A DNA stretch of 64,000 nt from Octopus sinensis (lineage: Eukaryota). A program made the position numbers and the translations under genes. This document shows positions 13,267-22,744 of this stretch, in pieces (the first letter of the stretch is position 1; each line of letters begins with the position of its first letter). The notes under the pieces were generated by a model, which worked only from the letters and a program-made list of their open reading frames with translations, made no database searches and had not been told where the DNA came from. The stretch spans positions 103,044,001 to 103,108,000 of the forward strand of contig NC_043002.1 in the NCBI RefSeq assembly GCF_006345805.1. Reading direction: 5' to 3'.

Positions 13267-13710
13267 TCAACTAAAGAGTATCCAATAGGTAATGCGGGAG
13301 TAAATTTTTTTTTACTTATATAACAACCTGAATTTGCTACATAAGCATATTTGTATGCATGGCTGCGTGCACGTATGTTGTTTACTATGCACTATATATC
13401 ATCCCTACTTGCAGGGAGCGTGGGAAAGGTTGGTTGAAGAATCATTATGAAGGTTAACGTAAATAATATTCTGTCACCTGGTGCATGGAGTGGCCATCGT
13501 TTCTAACTGAACTGAGAAACTATGACAATGTGTCCTTGAGGCTCGTGTTTACGACAAATGATGGCGCGCTGGCATTGCTCGAAATCCATGAAGAGATTAA
13601 ATGAAAGAAAGTATCTTATGTCACTTGTGTATAAGTGCAAGTGTATGATTATATACATGCATATATATATATGTGTGTGTGTGTGTGTGCGTATGTGTGT
13701 GTGTACAAGG

Positions 13711-14035
13711 GGAAGGCGCGTGGCTTAGTGGTTCGGGCAATCGGCTCACGATCGTAAGGTCGTGATTTCGATTCCTGGCGACGCGTTGTGTGTTCGAGCA
13801 AGACACTTTATTTCACGTTGATCAAGGCCACTCAGCTGGCGTAAATGAGTAGTGCCTGTATTTCAAAGGTCCACTCTTAGCGCACATTCTGTGTCGCGCC
13901 GAATCTCCCGGAGAACTACGTTCAGGTTGCACGTGTCTGTGGAGTGCTCAGCCACATGCACGTTAATTTCTCGAGCAAGCTGTTCCGTTGATTATATTAG
14001 CTGTGTCCCTCGTCGTCGTAATTGACGGAGTACTC

Positions 14036-14036
<1 letters not shown>
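13711..14036 (+). mobile_element. tRNA-derived SINE family 3b (different head, shares 3' half with 3a)
   Basis: A-box TGGCTTAGTGG, B-box-like GATTTCGATTCC; 3' part GAGAACTACG...GTGTCTGTGGAGTGCTCAGCCAC...CCCTCGTCGTCGTAA matches family 3a. Confidence 0.85.
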
Positions 14037-14076
<40 letters not shown>

Positions 14077-14087
14077 TATAGTTAATC

Positions 14088-14284
14088 CAGACAAGAAAAC
14101 AAAAAAAAAACACAACAACGCAAGGACGTGGAAAAATAAAGTATTATTGGACGCTCAGGAAAGAAGGGAAGAAGGAGGGTTTAACGTTTCGAGCGGGGCT
14201 CTTCGTTGGAAACAAAGGAGAAGGAAAGATCCCGAGAAGGGAAGACAGAGGGAAAAAAATTGCTGGCGGTGCTCACGAGGTCAC

Positions 14285-14285
<1 letters not shown>
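14088..14285 (-). mobile_element. (TA)n-embedded Penelope pLTR-like fragment with degenerate HHR core
   Basis: Minus strand CCAACGA-AGAGCCCCGCTC-GAAACGTT...CTGAGCGTCCAATAATAC; related to the 30.9, 50.4 and 63.1 kb copies. Confidence 0.45.
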
Positions 14286-14321
<36 letters not shown>

Positions 14322-14804
14322 TTTCTTGGATACTTACTTTAATCAACCACCATAACAGGTCCGTGAAAGAAAATCCTCTGTTGACATTTGTTCCGCAATG
14401 ATATAAACAGTCGCAGACACGTTATTCTTGCTTCGAAATTGCAATGAACCATCAATCGACCTTAAGAAACTGCGTCATTAACGGCACTGGCGTTTTACTA
14501 CGTTTGATAGAAAATTAAAAGAAAGGTGTTTACCACTTTGTCTTCCTAAACCTTTAAGGATTTAGTCAGTTTATTATTTTTTTTTTCTTCATTTCAAGTA
14601 ATTGCTCTTGTTTTGTGGTCGTTCGAAATTGTTTCATGACGCATGAAATCCGTAACGACTTTCCATTTTGTACCTTTCCTGGTCTTGTCTATTAAACAGC
14701 TTCTTTTGATAATGTCGTAGAGTTGGTTTCCAGAAACTCTTTTTTTTAGCTCTTGTTGGGAGATCATTCAAGAATGTTTCATTCACATACACTTCATACT
14801 CATC

Positions 14805-14930
14805 ATCACCATCGTTGCAGTAGTAGTAGTAGCAGCAACGTTGGTAGGTGCAGTAGCAGCAGCAGCAGTAGTGCTAGCGGTGTTGGTGGAGGTAGTGGTA
14901 GTACTAGTAGTAGTAGCGGTGGAAGGTGCG

Positions 14931-14962
<32 letters not shown>

Positions 14963-15100
14963 GGTGGTGGTGGCGGCGGCGGCGGCAGTGGTGGTGGTGG
15001 TAGTCGTAGTAGTAGTAGTAGTAGTAGTAGCTGTTGTTGCAGTAGCAGCAGCAGCAGTAGTAGTAGTAGTAGTAGTAGCAGCAGCAGCAGTACTAGTAGC

Positions 15101-15132
<32 letters not shown>

Positions 15133-15410
15133 CGGCAACTGATGCAGTATCAGCAGCAGCAGCAGCAGTAGTAGTGGTGGTGGTGTTGGTGGTAGTATTA
15201 GTAGTAGTAGCGGCGACGGCAGGGGCACCAACAGCAGCAGCAGTATTAGTAGCATTGTTGGTGGCGGCGGTGGTGATGCTGGTGGTGGTAGTAGTGGTGG
15301 TAGTAGTAGTAGTAGTAGTAGGGGTGGCAGGTGCAGTAGCAGTAGCAGTGGTAGTAGCGGTGGTGGTAATGGTGGTAGTATGATAGTAGTAGTAGTAGTA
15401 GTAGTAGTAC
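14805..15410. repeat. Mosaic trinucleotide microsatellite (AGT/AGC/GGT/GGC)
   Basis: Direct inspection; source of spurious poly-S/V/L ORFs. Confidence 0.95.
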
Positions 15411-16133
15411 TTGGTTTTCTTGTTACTGTTGCCGTAGTAACAACAGCCTTAGAACCTGAAAGCGCATTATTGGTGCATCTGCGACAAGCACGAGAATTGA
15501 ACACGGGAAATGGTATTTATGCATCCGATCTGCCAACTGGACAATTGTAGCGACGTGGACCATCAACCCTATCACCATTAAATGATATTTATGTTATACA
15601 ACGTAACTAAACATATATTTGCTTCAGGGTGTTTCTCTAGAGGATGGAGGGTGTTATTCAGGAATTCTCACACCGTGGAGATCAACGTAACTATTGTCTC
15701 ATCCATCCTGAACCTTTGCAAATTGACAAACACAAATATAATTTTCAGGAATAGAATTCATTAAGTTAGCCACTGTGGGAACAAGAAACGGTGTCGCATT
15801 TTGACGCTTTGAAGTGAACAGAATATACGCATCCAGGAGAAGAGAGACCAGCCATTCGAGAATACCCAAGTTACGTATTTCAGTTTATAGGAGAACTAAG
15901 CATTTAGCAGCACAACTCGAATTAAGAGATATACCTCATATGAGCCGAAGGATCAGGTGTGTCAATGAACGAATATATGAGAATCAGTTAAGTATCAGAT
16001 ATGGGAGCAATATTCTATTACTGGATTCAATTCAGCTTTAATCAATTTGCTTTCTACTAGAAGAATAAGCGTTAAGCTAGTTATGAAGTGGCAAGAATTT
16101 ATTGTACTTTCTTTGCAATGGTATATCCCTCGC

Positions 16134-16918
16134 AAGGCGGCGACCTGGCAGATACGATAGCACGGCGGGCGAAAGGCTTAGCGATATTTCGTCGAGGTTG
16201 ATGTTGCCTTTCATCTTTTCGGGGTCGATAAATGAAGTACTAATTGCGTACTGGGGTCAATCTGATCGATGGCCCCCTCTCCAAAAATATCGGGCCTTGT
16301 GCCTGGACTAGAAACGAATAATATATACCTTGCAAGGCGGCGAGCTGGCTGACACGATAGCACGCTGGGTGAAATGCTCAGCGGTAAATCGTCTGCCGCT
16401 ACGTTCTGAGTTCAAATTCCGCCGAGGTCGACTTTGCCTTTCTTCCTTTCGGAGTCGATTAAATAAGTACCTGTTACGCACTGGGGTCGATATAATCGAC
16501 TTAATCCGTTTGTCTGTCCTTGTTTGTCCTCCCTGTGTTTAGCCCCTTATGGGTAGTAAAGAAATAGGTTTTTCATCTAGAGCTACGTTCTGAGTTCAAA
16601 TTCCGCCGAGGTCGACTTTGCCTTTCTTCCTTTCGGGGTCGATTAAATAAGTACCAGTTACGCACTGGGGTCGATATAATCGACTTAATCCGTTTGTCTG
16701 TCCTTGTTTATCCTCCCTGTGTTTAGCCACTTATGGGTAGTAAAGAAATAGGTTTCTTGTCTGCAGCTACGTTCTGAGTTCAAATTCCGCCGAGGTCGAC
16801 TTTGCCCTTTATCCTTATGAGTCGATAAATTAAGTACCAGTTGCGTACTGTGGTCGATCTAATTGACTAGCCCCCTCCCCCAAAATATTTCAGGCCTTGT
16901 TCCTAGAATAGCAAAGAA
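16134..16918 (+). mobile_element. Tandem cluster of four family 2 SINE units
   Basis: Head AAGGCGGCGAGCTGGC, B-box GAGTTCAAATTCC, core GCCTTTCATCCTTTCGGGGTCGATAAATTAAGTACC (Nin/Deu-domain-like). Units ~16134-16320, 16334-16566, 16567-16750, 16751-16918; two tail types. Confidence 0.9.
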
Positions 16919-17089
16919 TATATACCTCACTTTTGTTATATTGTTTCTCACTGCAACTTAAATTATTGCTCTATTCCTTGCAGTATTTTCCAAAAGTTTC
17001 CCAACGGATTTGCTTGTAGATGTAACTTCAGCAAATGTTCAATACAAACACCGTAACATAATCACTAGTGCAACTATATAGACCCCGTA

Positions 17090-17372
17090 TAAGGCGGCGA
17101 GCTGGAAAAGGCGGCGAGCTGGCAAAGACGGCGAGCTGGCAAAGGCGGCGAGCTGGAAGAAACGTTAGCACGCCGGGCGAAATGCGTAGCCGTATTTCGT
17201 GTCGTTACGTTCCGAGTTCAAATTCCGCCGAGGTCGACTTTGCCTTTCATCCTTTCGGGATCGATAAATTAAGTACCAGTTACGCACTGGGGTCGATGTA
17301 ATCTACTTAATCCGTTTGTCTCTCCTTGTTTGTCCCCTCTGTGTTTAGTCTCTTGTGGGTAATAAAGAAATA
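17090..17372 (+). mobile_element. Family 2 SINE, long-tail type, with 4x reiterated 5' end
   Basis: TSD TATATAGACCCC(C)GTA at 17075-17089 and 17373-17388; four 17-nt head repeats at 17091-17158. Confidence 0.92.
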
Positions 17373-18240
17373 TATATAGACCCCCGTAAATATGATGCAT
17401 CCACTTAGATATAATTCAGACGATAAGCCACTGAGGGTAATTGCATATCATTTCAAGAGTAACGGATGTAGTCTATACGCACACTTTGAGTTTTCGTATT
17501 ACAGGAGTACTTCTCTAAATATTCACGCACACATCACGATGTACTTCATGATTCGTCGGAGCAGGAATAGGGAATATTACAGTTTGACCGAAGAATAGGC
17601 CTGATTCATTACAGCAAAATTTTAGAGAGTGTATTCCTGATAGACGTACATATGTTTGTATGAGCGAATGTATTTGTGTGTTAATATGTGTGTACATGTG
17701 CGTGTGTATTTCAGTAGTAAGGTTTTATCAGAAGAATATGTCTTCTATCTCTTAAAATATCGCCGCTGTAATTGGGAGAATATATTCGCCTATGACATAC
17801 GCTAGAGTGAGCAGCTTATTTTGCGTCTGAACCTGCCTAGATGTATTACACATAAACATGCGAATAATAATTAATATACACTGTATTATTTCTGCAACTA
17901 TTTTCATTTTGTTCTTTTATATAGTTATTCTTTCCAGCTTAGAAATCGAAATAACGATGTGTTTGTAATTCCTTACCATATTATCGTTAGTTTCCGTCTT
18001 CTGTTATTTTCTCATGTCTCCGACGCAACCGTTTCATATACATAAATAGATTGTGGCTTCGTCAGTTTTAGAATTTTTACATTTAATAAGCTTTTTCTAG
18101 TTAAATGTTTAACAGAGCTACCTTGCCATCTTCATGTTTTGGTGCACGTACGCAAATTGGATGACACGCAAATTCGTGAAGCGTTCCATATTTTTTTTTA
18201 TAGGCGTAGGAGTGACTGTGTAGTAAGTAGCTTCTTACCA

Positions 18241-19917
18241 CTGAAGTGTTCGGACGTGTTATTTTGCGCTCTGTGAAATTCGGTTAAAAAAGAAAAAAGA
18301 ACAAAAAGTGAATGGTTGTTGTTGTGAAATTTTGAACGTCGTGGATGCGGTTTCGCGTTTCACTGGTTCTGCGCGTTGCACTTTTTCGGTTCGGGAGGCC
18401 GTTTTTCGGTCTGAGGCGACTATGAGCCGCCTCTACCAAACAGATGAGATGGAAGGGAGAAATTTCGTATGAAGTATCGACATCTGAGGAGCAGTTGGCG
18501 GTGAAAAACATGGAAAGCACCTACGCAGGTGTAACGAAGAAGTCAACAGAAAAAGAGATAGACCTGGCTAAGTTGACGGGCTTCCAGGAGTTCATGAAGG
18601 AGGAGGAGAACGGAGAGGTAGAGCTGTTGCCTCCAGCAGGGCGCGGAGACTGGTTCCTTCGTAGAACCATTAAATATAAAGTATTTATGAATGGAGGTAG
18701 AAAAATGGAAGTGATTAACATGGAAGCAATTGAAGAGGCTTTCAAACAGACAGGAGAAGAAATTGTGTACATGACAAAAGGATTAGAATATGGAACCATA
18801 ACGGTACAATTTAAAAGTGAGAAAGCAGCCAGGAATGTAGCAGCCAAGGTGGTGAGTACAGAAAAGATTTACTTGTTCCCCTCGTATTTGAATAGAAGGA
18901 CCACCAGAATTAGGGTGGTGGGAATACCTCCACACCTAGAGGGCGAATTAATAACGGCTGCGGTTATCAAAGGAAATGAAGATAAAGTGGACATCCTCCA
19001 CGCCATTATGAAATATGAAGGCGTGAGAGGTGCCACACTAGAAATGAACATTCAGACGGAGGCGGAAGTAATAGAAAAGCTTACGGACAGTATTAAAACC
19101 GGGAATATTATTATGAGAGTGTGGGTGGAGGGTAGGGCGCCCAGGTGCTACAAGTGTGGCCAGAGGGGTCACATAAGAGCCTACTGCCCTCCCCCACCAA
19201 AGGAAAAAGAAAAGGAAATCGTTGCGGAAGCCCCAAAAGAGGAAGCCCCAAAAGCGGAAGAAACTAAAGAGAAACAAACAGAAAAGGAAACTACAGATGA
19301 AGAGGAGATGCAACAAGATTGGGAAGAAGGCAGACAAAAGAGAAAAAGAAAGAAAAAGAAGAACTGTGCGAAGCCCCAACCCACCCCAACACCACCACCC
19401 ATACCCTTGGAGACCCATCCTGCCCCTACAAACAGCGATTCCACCCAATCCCCGCCTACAAGAAAAACAAAAACAGACACACAGAACAAACAAGAGCCCC
19501 AGACCTACTTTTTGTGTGTTGTGAGGAAGGGGGACACCGAGGACGCAAAAAGGATTTTTCCTAATGACGTATGGCAGGAGTATGAAGACGGCAGTTACGC
19601 GGTGTGTGATTTTGAATTTATGGACTCATTGACGAACAAGTGTAACGAATTATGTATAAATTGGGTGAAAGCGGATATGAGGGATGAGATGATAGAGATG
19701 TATGAAGGAGAAATGAAGGGTGTGGTACAGGGGTTTGGAATTATGATGGGAAACGGACAGGTAAGTGATGCTGGCGGAGGGGGCCGTTAGCATCGCTTTC
19801 ATATTATCATTTTTTCATTTTAATATTCATTTGCTCATAATTTTAATCATATTGTTTTATATCCCCCATGTCTTGTAATGTCCCCCTCTTCGTCGCCCCT
19901 AGTGGGTAATAAAGAAA
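18241..19917 (+). mobile_element. ORF1-only non-autonomous non-LTR retroposon (HAL1-like; Tx1/L1-type ORF1 inferred)
   Basis: TSD TAAGTAGCTT(-C/GT)TTACCA at 18224-18240 and 19918-19935; ~200-nt 5' UTR, one intact ORF, 127-nt 3' UTR, AATAAA at 19908-19913; no endonuclease or RT. Confidence 0.8.
18444..19790 (+). CDS. Gag-like ORF1 nucleic-acid-binding protein, 448 aa (alternative start 18510, MESTYAGVTKK)
   Basis: Uninterrupted, purine-rich ORF. CX2CX4HX4C knuckle CYKCGQRGHIRAYC (19146-19187), preceded by RRM-like segments (GTITVQFKSEKAA; TRIRVVGIPPHL) and followed by an E/K/P-rich linker. Confidence 0.88.
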   Translation: MRWKGEISYEVSTSEEQLAVKNMESTYAGVTKKSTEKEIDLAKLTGFQEFMKEEENGEVELLPPAGRGDWFLRRTIKYKVFMNGGRKMEVINMEAIEEAFKQTGEEIVYMTKGLEYGTITVQFKSEKAARNVAAKVVSTEKIYLFPSYLNRRTTRIRVVGIPPHLEGELITAAVIKGNEDKVDILHAIMKYEGVRGATLEMNIQTEAEVIEKLTDSIKTGNIIMRVWVEGRAPRCYKCGQRGHIRAYCPPPPKEKEKEIVAEAPKEEAPKAEETKEKQTEKETTDEEEMQQDWEEGRQKRKRKKKKNCAKPQPTPTPPPIPLETHPAPTNSDSTQSPPTRKTKTDTQNKQEPQTYFLCVVRKGDTEDAKRIFPNDVWQEYEDGSYAVCDFEFMDSLTNKCNELCINWVKADMRDEMIEMYEGEMKGVVQGFGIMMGNGQVSDAGGGGR

Positions 19918-20061
19918 TAAGTAGCTTGTTTACCAACCACATGGTTCCGGGTTCAGTCCCACTGCGTGGCATCTTGGGTAAGTGTCTTCTGCTATAGCTT
20001 CGGGCCGACCAAAACCTCGTGAGTGGATTTGGTAGACGGAAACTGAAAGAAGCCCGTCGTA

Positions 20062-20099
<38 letters not shown>

Positions 20100-20496
20100 T
20101 GGGTGTGTTTGTGTCTGTGTTTGTCCCCCCAACATCGCTTGACAACCGATGCTGGTGTGTTTATGTCCCCGTTACTTAGCGGTTCGGCAAAAGAGACCGA
20201 TAGAATAAGTACTGGGCTTACAAAAGAATAAGTCCCGGGGTCGAGTTCTTCGATTAAAAAAAGGTGGTGCTCCAGCATGGCCGCAGTCAAATGACTGAAA
20301 CAAGTAAATGAGTAAATGAGTACGTTTTAAGTCATTATTACTGTCCTGTTCATCGTATACCGAAATTGCACAAATCTGATTGTGAGGTTGAAAGTCCACA
20401 AAGATTTGGTAAACGTCTTGTCTATTAAGTGACCTTAGTACATATTGCAACTAAAGAGACAGTCTTCTTTTTCTCTCACTCCATCGTGCTTGCAGG

Positions 20497-20886
20497 TGGA
20501 GGCGCAATGTCCCAGTGGTTAGGGCAGCGGACTCGCGGTCATAGGATCGCGGTTTCGATTCCCATACCGGGTGTTGTGAGTGTTTATTGAGCGAAAACAC
20601 CTAAAAGCTCCACGAGGCTCCGGCAGGGGATGGTGGTGATCCCTGCTGTACTCTTTCACCATAACTTTCTCTCACTCTTACTTTCTGTTTCTGTTGTACC
20701 TGCATTTGAAAGGGCCGGCCTTGTCACTCTCTGTGTCACGCTGAATATCCCCGAGAACTACGTTAAGGGTACACGTGTCTGTGGAGTGCTCAGCCACTTA
20801 CACGTTAATTTCACGAGCAGGCTGTTCCGTTGATTCGGATCAACCGGAACCCTCGTCGTCGTAACGGACGGAGTGCTTCCAACCAC
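20497..20886 (+). mobile_element. Family 3a SINE, full length
   Basis: Perfect 16-bp TSD CCATCGTGCTTGCAGG at 20481-20496 and 20887-20902; A and B boxes present. Confidence 0.95.
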
Positions 20887-21664
20887 CCATCGTGCTTGCA
20901 GGCCCTGAAATATATCAAGGGTACTATATCCCCTTTATAAGCCATATAAAATTGCATATATTACCCTAGCAAAGCAGATTTAAATACACAGATTATATAA
21001 TCAGTAAAAAAGCAGCATTGTTCCTAATTCGCGAAATGAACGTTTTGAATTCAGTTGTTTTTTTTCTAGTAAGTTAATGGATCAGTATTTTAAGACATCC
21101 CTTATTCCCTTAAACAAGTATCTGCAGATTTTAATCCAGTCTTCATATATTTTCACACAGATTTAAACAACGTAGACTTATGGCATATATTTTTGCAGCC
21201 TATTAAAATAAGCTTCGTAGACTTAAACCACGGACACATCCACTTCTAAAAAATGCACTCTTCTCTCATCAAATTCGAACGCAATGTAGGTTAGATGTAT
21301 AATAGAAAAAAATGTTTTTTTGCAAAGTCCCACTAACCTGCCCGTCCTAAACCAACATAGAAATACTTTCACACCATTTTTAATCGAATATATATGACTT
21401 ACATACATACGTGACCTCGATATAATTGTTTGTACAGAAACGTTATTAATTTTCTTCGAGAATATAGCATTAATTCCGTTCTTCAAGAAAAGTTTGTAAT
21501 GATATCGGTATATTTTCATTATATTTTACAGCTCTAAATTATTTAAATGTTCTTTTTTTCTTAAGCGAAAAGCTTCATTAAAAACTGTCATCTTTTACAA
21601 ACATAAACATACATATACAAACATAAAAACATTCAAACACATACATCCACACATACATATAAAT

Positions 21665-21699
<35 letters not shown>

Positions 21700-22698
21700 G
21701 ATATATATATATATATATGCACAGACACAATCAATACACACAGGTGCTTATATATGCTGAGTAACCAAATTTTGTTTGCATATATATAATTTGTATTTGT
21801 GCAATGTAAATAGATACATACAAATATTTTAATATATATGTGAGTGTGCGGGTCTATTAATATGTATGTGTGTGTTTGTGTGTATGTGTGTATGCGTGTG
21901 TGCACGCGTGCAAATGTATGTATGGAAAATAGATTTTTTTGTATCGCTATATATTATTTATAGCGATGAAACGAAACTTCAAAGAAAGTCCTCACAATGC
22001 AGGATCGATCAGCTTTTTAGAAATTCATGTTGTATATTAATTACATATTTAATCCTCTGAGTGACGTGGCATGTGTGTTTAGTTGTTCTATATAAATATG
22101 TATAAGCATATGCACAATGTATATATATGTATATATGTATGTGTGTTTGTACGTATCTGTATAAATGTACGTATTAGATATCAATATCTTATATATATAT
22201 ATATGTGTGTGTGTGTATACAAGATACGGAGCAATATACGACAGGAGCAACACGCTAAAGATGCCTCGGCGTGAGATTGAAATAGAAACCTGGCTGGTCG
22301 GAAGCGGACTTCTTAAGGCCATAAACATACAAATATATACATATATCTATATATCAATCTTATTATCTATCATGCATTTCTGCGACTACCTATCCAGATT
22401 TCTATGTATTTACGTGCATGTACACATACATAAGTAAACACACACACACACAGACACACACACACACACACACACACATACGCACACGCACACGCACAGA
22501 CTCGCATGCGCGCGCACACATACGCACACGCACACGCACACACACACACACACACGCACGCACACATATATAGATAGATGGATCTAGAGAGATAGACATA
22601 TCTGTATGTGTGTGCATGTGTGTGTGTGATTTTGTGTGTATACGTGAGTGTGTATACATATGTCTGCATATACATACATACATACATATATTATATAC

Positions 22699-22744
<46 letters not shown>

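Larger units (their letters stand above)
18201..20322 (+). mobile_element. Family 1 SINE split by the ORF1-only element (pieces 18201-18240 and 19918-20322)
   Basis: Left piece TAGGCGTAGGAGTGACTGTGTAGTAAGTAGCTTCTTACCA carries the A-box. Right piece resumes TAAGTAGCTTGTTTACCAACCACATGG with B-box, core and tail. Confidence 0.9.

Noticed and set aside
14753-15504. Long poly-S/V/L ORFs (129-232 aa)
   Set aside because: Products of trinucleotide microsatellites, open in several frames on both strands; the same applies to 38068-38513, 40817-41035 and 52920-53566.
15641-15686. 46-nt micro-exon candidate (TTTCTCTAG ... AAC|GTAACT)
   Set aside because: Such splice-like pairs are expected by chance in 64 kb; no supporting evidence.
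17091-17158. CRISPR-like array
   Set aside because: Contiguous 17-nt repeats with no spacers, no cas genes, eukaryotic context; it is a SINE head multimer.
18521-19564. Antisense and alternative-frame ORFs overlapping ORF1
   Set aside because: Expected shadows of a purine-rich ORF; no motifs.
20497-20570. tRNA gene (also other SINE heads)
   Set aside because: A and B boxes are present, but the sequence continues into a SINE body and is bounded by TSDs; no convincing acceptor stem.
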